The translations under genes and the position numbers were made by a program. Source: Histomonas meleagridis 2922-C6/04-290x (lineage: Eukaryota; Protista; Parabasalia). From it: DNA of 64,000 nucleotides. Positions 57,601 through 64,000 of the stretch are shown in pieces. Where the stretch lies: NCBI GenBank assembly GCA_020184695.1, contig JAANOX010000273.1, positions 248,001-312,000 on the forward strand, given 5' to 3'. The notes beneath the pieces were generated by a model. It searched no databases. It saw nothing but the letters and a program-made list of their open reading frames with translations, and was not told the DNA's origin. Each line of letters begins with the position of its first letter. Position 1 is the stretch's first letter.

Positions 57601-60567
57601 AATTGATTCTTTTCGTTAGATACTAAATCATATTAATTTTAATTTTCCATGATAGATAATCAATTTCACTTTAAATTATAAAGTTGGAAAATTTCTCTAT
57701 TACATTTCTTAGAATTATATGATATATTTAAATTTTTTGTTAATTTTGATTTATATTCAGTTAATATCGAGTTTATTCATTTTAAAATCAAAAAATCATG
57801 AAAATTGATTTTGAAATATAATAAGCAACATAATAATTATGATTGATGTTACCATATTATTTTAGTAAATTATTATTTGATTTGGAGATAAAGATGTTTA
57901 TAACAAGAAAATACGATCAAAAAACATGGAAAATACCTAAAAAGTTGTAACATGTAAAACCTGTTTTCAAATATATTTTTCTTATTATTTTTTATATTGA
58001 GATACAATTTTCTTACATCAAATAAATGACATATTTTAAATTTAGAAAATAATATGATAATATTATGATGTCATTTTGTGATTTGCATTTGAAATTTTTT
58101 TCAAAATTTCTCCAATATCTCTCTATTACTATATTTTAAATATTCTTTACAATATTTTGATGTTATTTATGTCATTTCATTATATATAATAATACTGATA
58201 ATACATAATATTTACCCCTATTCAGATTACACTTAATAAAATGAATGTTATTTTAATTCTCATTTCTTTTAGTAAAGTCTCCATTATTATACTTAATGAC
58301 TGATTATAATATTTGTATTAATTTTTTAATAGCATTTTATATATCTTAATAAAATTATTATTTCACTTTTTATTAAAATTCATGCTTTATAATTATATCC
58401 ATCTTTTATCTCCTTATACTCTATATATTTTTTTATTCTTCTTAATGATGCAATGTTATATTAGTTCAAAATAATAAAGTGGGTATTAAATTTATTTAAC
58501 TTTTAAATATTCTAATTAATTGATTAAAAATTTTCCTTTGTGGACATTACAACATTCGATATGAATCATCATATTTTCTGAATTCCGTTTACCCTCTATT
58601 TTTTAAATATTTAATTAAATTTTTAATGATATATTATCAATGAAATGTTGGTAATTATATTTTTATATGTTTAAAATATTAATACAGTATAAAATGATAT
58701 TTTTATCAAAGAACATTGTCACCGTCAATTTTCCGGAGAAAATTATTATTGAGTGACTGGTAGGCACTTTACTGAATAAATAAGCATATAAAAAAATTTT
58801 CATACTCTAAATAGAATTATGACTGATAAGCCATAATAATGTTAATAAAATTCTTTTTCATGACTTTTTTCGATATTTCTATAAATTCATTTAAATATTA
58901 TACCATTTTCTTTGTCATGAACGACCGTTAACCCATATTGTATCTACTCACTAACATATTTTTTTTTACACACATTATATTCAAAAACTTTTAATATAAT
59001 TTGATATATCATTCAATGTTTCCTTAATATTTTTTTGATACTTGAGAATGGATATTTCTCAAAAATTGTTGTTAATATTTAGATTGAATTATTCTTTGAT
59101 ATATCATGCGTATTTTTCAATAGGCATAATGTATTTATTTTTCTGATATTTTAACAAAGTATTATGACAATCATCATCATTATAATATATTGTTTAATTT
59201 TATTCTCTAATTTGATATATTTTTTTTATATTGTTTATTAATGTAGATGAGAAATATATTATGTACTTTTACACGAATGCAACCGTAACCCACTGAACTT
59301 TTGATTGATTAATATTAAATTATTAAAATTTAATAATAATTTTTTTCTTCACCAAAAATGAGTTAGTAAACTTTGATTATAGTTAGCCTTTCGTTCACCG
59401 TCCATCTCAATGCAATAGTTCTTTTGCATGTTATACAGTGAAGTCAATTGAATGCATACAATTTTGATATAATCTTAGGAGGAGCTTTCCCAGCTCATTC
59501 CTTTTAAAGAATTTGAGTAAGAGTGGTGGAAATGGACGAACTGGATAAGGCTTCCAGGAGATCCTCCAAGCACACCGGAACTCTCTTTCTAGCCGGGAAG
59601 ATAGCCAGGACAAGTCAGGGAAGACGTGCTTTTGGAGCATAAACCGATTGAGGCGGAACGGAAAAACGGGAAACATAAATGGTACAGGACAACCTAGTCC
59701 CCTTCACAGACCATGGCATCTAACCTTCTTATTGGAGTTGATCACACTCCACCATACCTCTTTCCCATTCCTCATCAGAGACATCTTCGTCAAGGAAATT
59801 CATCATAATAGTGATATGAAACTTGGAACTTTTCGTTATAAACGATAGAAAGCTTTTAGATATCTTCTTACGTGGCCCGACAATGATAAGTATATAATAT
59901 ATAAACCGATAATTTTCAAAGTTAGGCTCAAAAACCGTTAAGAATTTACATACTTTTCACTTTTCGTATGACGGTAGAACTGTACATTCAAAACAAAAAA
60001 ATTCAGAAGTATAAAAAATGGATGTTTTAAAAATGTCATATAACCGTCGCTCATATCATCGTTTAATATAATAAGGATGTCTTTTATTACTAGTTCTAGT
60101 AATCTTCCAATCATCCGTGAAAGAAGGGTCCTCGGTTATGAGAAACCATGTTCTCAACTTCCATCAGATTCTTCTTTTGATTTCAATGAAGAGGATGAGA
60201 ATGTGCTTCAATTACCTAAGGAATTAGGTAAACTTGTCTTCTTTGTTGAGGATAGTGCCCCTGAACATGTTAAAAAGTATTTTAGAAGACTCCATATATT
60301 CTTTTAGTTTTTCATTTAAGCCTATACCATAACCTAATTTCTGGAAAGCATATGTTACATTACATTTGAATAGGTGATAATTTATAGATGAGAATAAGAA
60401 GTGATCGCCAAGATTTACATTTAGCATGTTTTAAATTGTGTATGAAATTATATCTCCATCTATACTACTATACAAACAAATAATTTTTGAGAATCGAGCC
60501 AATAGTTCGGGAGATTAATAGATATAATTGCTCCCGAGATTATTATAATTATTTTGGCTTTGAGAAA

Positions 60568-61720
60568 TTATGTATCATTAGCTTGAGTATATATAGGTTG
60601 CCCCTTAATTTGTATCGGGATGTTTTGACCGTCAGAATCTGAGCCGTTGAATACGTAACCACCACGTGAACGTTCACATTGTATATTAAGCATAAATGAG
60701 GTAGCATCACTTAATGTGTTATTATATCTTGTACCATTAGAAGCATTCCTATCCATAGTTAAAGAATCTGCAAATTCTTTAGTACATTGTATACTATCAT
60801 CTAAATCAGAAGCAACTAATTGATATTGTAAAAATCTAGCACCTAAAGTAGATATAGGTTCATCAGGATAATTTTGACCTGCAATAGTTAATTGTACATT
60901 ATTATAAATTGGATTATCGAAACAAGTATAATCATTAGCATGTTTTGGAAATACAACTGTGATAGTTGTAACATTAAATAAAGGCATATTAATAGTAGAT
61001 TGTATACCAGATTCAGTAGCAGCTAAAGCAAATGCATTATAATCTAATTGTTGTGAAGGAATTATTAAACCTCCAGGTTGTTGAAGTATTTGAGCTATTT
61101 TATTTAAAGTTTCTTCTTTAACTCCAAATCCAAACATATTAGATTTACATGAAAGTACAGTTAAACCTGTACAATATAAAGAAACATTCTCAGTTGCAGT
61201 ATCAATAGTATGATTAGTTTCAGTATCACATTTAAATGTAGTAGTTATATTAACAGAATTACCTATTTGAGTAAAACCATGAGTAAATAAAGGTAAATTA
61301 TTAAATGTAGCATTAATAGAAGAATCTTCTATAAATTCTTTAACTTCTTTAATTCTACGTGGATCTACTTGACATCAAACTAAACCATTTTGTTTAACAT
61401 AAAACTTTAATTCAATATCACCAACTAATCTATTTGGATATAAATCGAATGCTTGTAAAGCTAATATATCTTCAAATGGAAGATTCATTTTAAATTCAAT
61501 ATCATGTTTATTTCCATCTGCAATTGTATTTAAATCAACATAAGTACCACATACAGATTGAGAATATTCTGAAACATTTTCATATAAAGAATGTGTATAT
61601 TTCCTAGTTTTCTTTTCAGCATAAGGTTTAATTGTAGAATAACAATAACCTTCACGACAACATTCATTTTGTTGATACCCAGTAGAAATATTATTAGACA
61701 TAATTTGTCATTGATCTAAT
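60568..61720 (-). pseudogene. Internal fragment of a second, divergent Maverick major capsid gene
   Basis: ORFs 61375-61701 and 60568-61137 are one frame broken by a single TGA (GLV*CQVDP). Motifs YQQNECCREG, LNLPFED-like, CFDNPIYNNVQLTIAGQNYP and FMLNIQCERS. Confidence 0.7.
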
Positions 61721-62310
61721 AATAGACTTAGCACATAGTGAAAAAAACAAAGTTTGTTCACTCAATGGGCAATTGAGAACTTTTTTCTTTCTTTCTTTTT
61801 CTTTAAACCAAGGTACCCCCTCTTCCAAAGAAAGCCCTAATGGCGGATGAGTGCATTTATCACAAACCTGCCGTAGCCCGACTCCGCGGAGCACTTTTTT
61901 TATTAGAGGGCGTTGACAGGTGATCAATATTAGATGTACTAGGGGTGGGGGTCAGGTTTAATCTTTTTCTGTGATGTGTGACCGTATATGAGAACGTTTA
62001 GAAATATAAATATATAGAGCCCAGCCGGTTCCTGCGGAGGACGTTAGTTGGTACCTCCAAATAAAATATTACCTGGGCTCTAAATTATTTCTTGTACCAA
62101 TTAGAAGAAAACCGATCATCGGATTGAATACTTTACACCGAAATTCAATTCATTTTGATCGTCTTTCGGGTAACCGTTAAGCATTTTAATTTTTATACCA
62201 ATTGAATAGGGCGTTCAATTTTGGGGTACCTTAATAAAAATTTGGATAATCGCTTAAATCTATCACCTTTTTAAATGACTACTTTATAAAAGCTTTCTGA
62301 ATTAAATTAA

Positions 62311-64000
62311 GGGTTCAATCATATGTACCCCGGGGACTGTCCCCGGGGACATGTCCCCAGGTGTACAATTTTTTAACACACACTGTGAAAATTCATGATG
62401 TTTTTAATTGCATTTTTTTATGATTTTACTCATACTATATTATAAAAACATCTATTTTAAATAAAATATAAGATTCAAATATGAATTAAGATATAAATTT
62501 TTCATTATTTTTCATTAAATTATTTCTTGAATTCATATTTATATTTGGGATTAATAATTAACGGCTCCCTGGTCGGACTTTCTGTGAAGAATGAACTTTG
62601 ATCAACTTAGCGAATTATCTTTTTCTAATGGGTCAGATCTCAATTGTTATCTTAAAGAACTAGCAAATAGGAATGGATTTGATATCTATTTAAAAGATTC
62701 AAAACATTCGGATAGATTACGATTTTATTGTACTATGCATCAATCTCATTAAAATATACAAAATTCGAAAAAAACAGGGTGCGATTTTCGTTTAACTTTC
62801 AACAAAAATAACAGAGGAATATATATTATATCAAAAAATTTTAATTTAAAACATTTACATGAGATTCAAAATCCAAAACAATTAGACAACTCAGTGCAAG
62901 AAGAGATTGCAACAATAAAGAAAAATGGTATTTCAAATTTTCATATAATTTATTATATTGAGCAAAAATATTCAATTTCAATCACAAGAGAAGAAATAAA
63001 AAAATCCTCATCTGTAAGTGAAAAAACAAATGAGTCAGAAACAGATTTCTCAATACATGTATGAAAAAGGTGATTGTTATATATTTGAAGATATAAATGG
63101 ATTAATTGCAGGTATTTATACTGTTACACACGAAAAGAGAGAGAATTTAATCAAATATTGTGATATTTTAGTCATCGATGGTACATCAATTCCCAATTTT
63201 TTGTGATTGGACAATAATACCAATTTCACTCCAGGGAAATAATATGGAATTAATTTCAGGGGGAGTTGCTTTTTCTCCATCGGAGAATTTTGAATTTTAT
63301 TTTTGGTTGATTTCTATTATATTATCAATCGCACCCAACTTAAAATGCATAATAAGTGATGAAGATCCTGATATTTGTTCAGCAATGGATGAATATCCGA
63401 ATTTATGTCATCTTTTATGCTTGAAACACAAAATTGCCACAGTCCAGAATTTGATATCGAAAAATCATCCAAATAGAGAACGATTTTTAATGTTACTTAA
63501 TAATTTTTTTTATTCACGTTCTTCTGCTCAGTCAAATGTAGCCTTAAATAATATTTACAAGGAATTCCCTGAAATTATTCACTATTTTGACACCAATATA
63601 TATACAATTAGATCAAAACTTTTGGTTTCATTAAGACCGAATGTATTTCATTTTAATCATACTTCTTCACAACTTGGTGAATCATATAATAGTATGATTA
63701 AAAGAGATTTGACAAATTCTCTAAAGCATCTCTATGAAATCCGTGATCACATATCTATCAAATTTTATCAAAAAAAAAATCTTGAAGAAAATATTCGAAA
63801 AAACGCTTTTACTTTTCATCATCCATTAATAGATGTTTATAAACTCGATATATCTAAATAATTATGTTCAATTATAGATGCTAAAATTCAGAATTCATTA
63901 CAAATTAATATCAAACGCATTAATAATGATCACTATATTGCTATTGATAACAATAATAATGAATTTAATTCAAATTTTCTCGATTGTGAATGCCATTATC
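62311..64000 (+). mobile_element. MULE element, left part (FAR1-like, DDE, start of SWIM), runs off the window
   Basis: ATG at 62591; RFYC...KTGCDF, ILVIDGT, IISDEDP, LLCLKH, SQLGESYN and terminal CECH. The left end at 62311 (GGGTTC...) is tentative. Confidence 0.8.

Noticed and set aside
57600-59300. Possible genes in very AT-rich stretches (also 29000-30400, 51300-52300)
   Set aside because: No sustained ORF or recognisable motif; probably highly decayed repeats.
61943-61957. mariner right TIR (GGGGTGGGGGTCAGG)
   Set aside because: Matches only the inner half of the TIR; the terminal half and TA are missing.
62015-62082. HDV-like, twister or hammerhead ribozyme, or tRNA
   Set aside because: Required conserved cores (HDV L3/J4-2 and P1, twister UAA/CAAG, hammerhead CUGANGA/GAAA, 7-nt T-loop) could not be mapped.

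Overview
Very AT-rich eukaryotic DNA, most likely from a parabasalid protist (Trichomonas/Tritrichomonas-like). This is inferred from the intron-free genes, the Maverick gene families and the transposon set. Bases 1 to ~20,550 hold most of a Maverick/Polinton (virus-like transposon): packaging ATPase, penton-like minor capsid, major capsid, a very compact PolB, a retroviral-type integrase, KilA-N and a ~1,300-codon fibre-like gene with phage-tail-fibre HxH motifs. Its ORFs are broken mostly at homopolymer runs, while long host genes are intact. Inside it, a ~170-bp inverted repeat pair brackets a 10-kb polymerase+fibre module, and short GC-rich hairpins recur inside unrelated ORFs. Next comes a mariner interrupted by a P-element-like transposon. 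Intact host genes follow (Med14-like, glycogen debranching enzyme, ER Hsp70-family, Rab, TTC13/SRFR1-like TPR, Mei2-like RRM, small membrane protein). Between them lie a second mariner and mosaics of short fragments, including three endogenous CRESS-DNA-virus Rep fragments and IS481-like, pogo-like and Merlin-like pieces. The last 13 kb are a TE graveyard: MULEs, a 1.45-kb 7-mer satellite and a second, divergent Maverick capsid fragment. No rRNA, tRNA or CRISPR array could be supported. No database search was run, so family calls rest on motif recognition.
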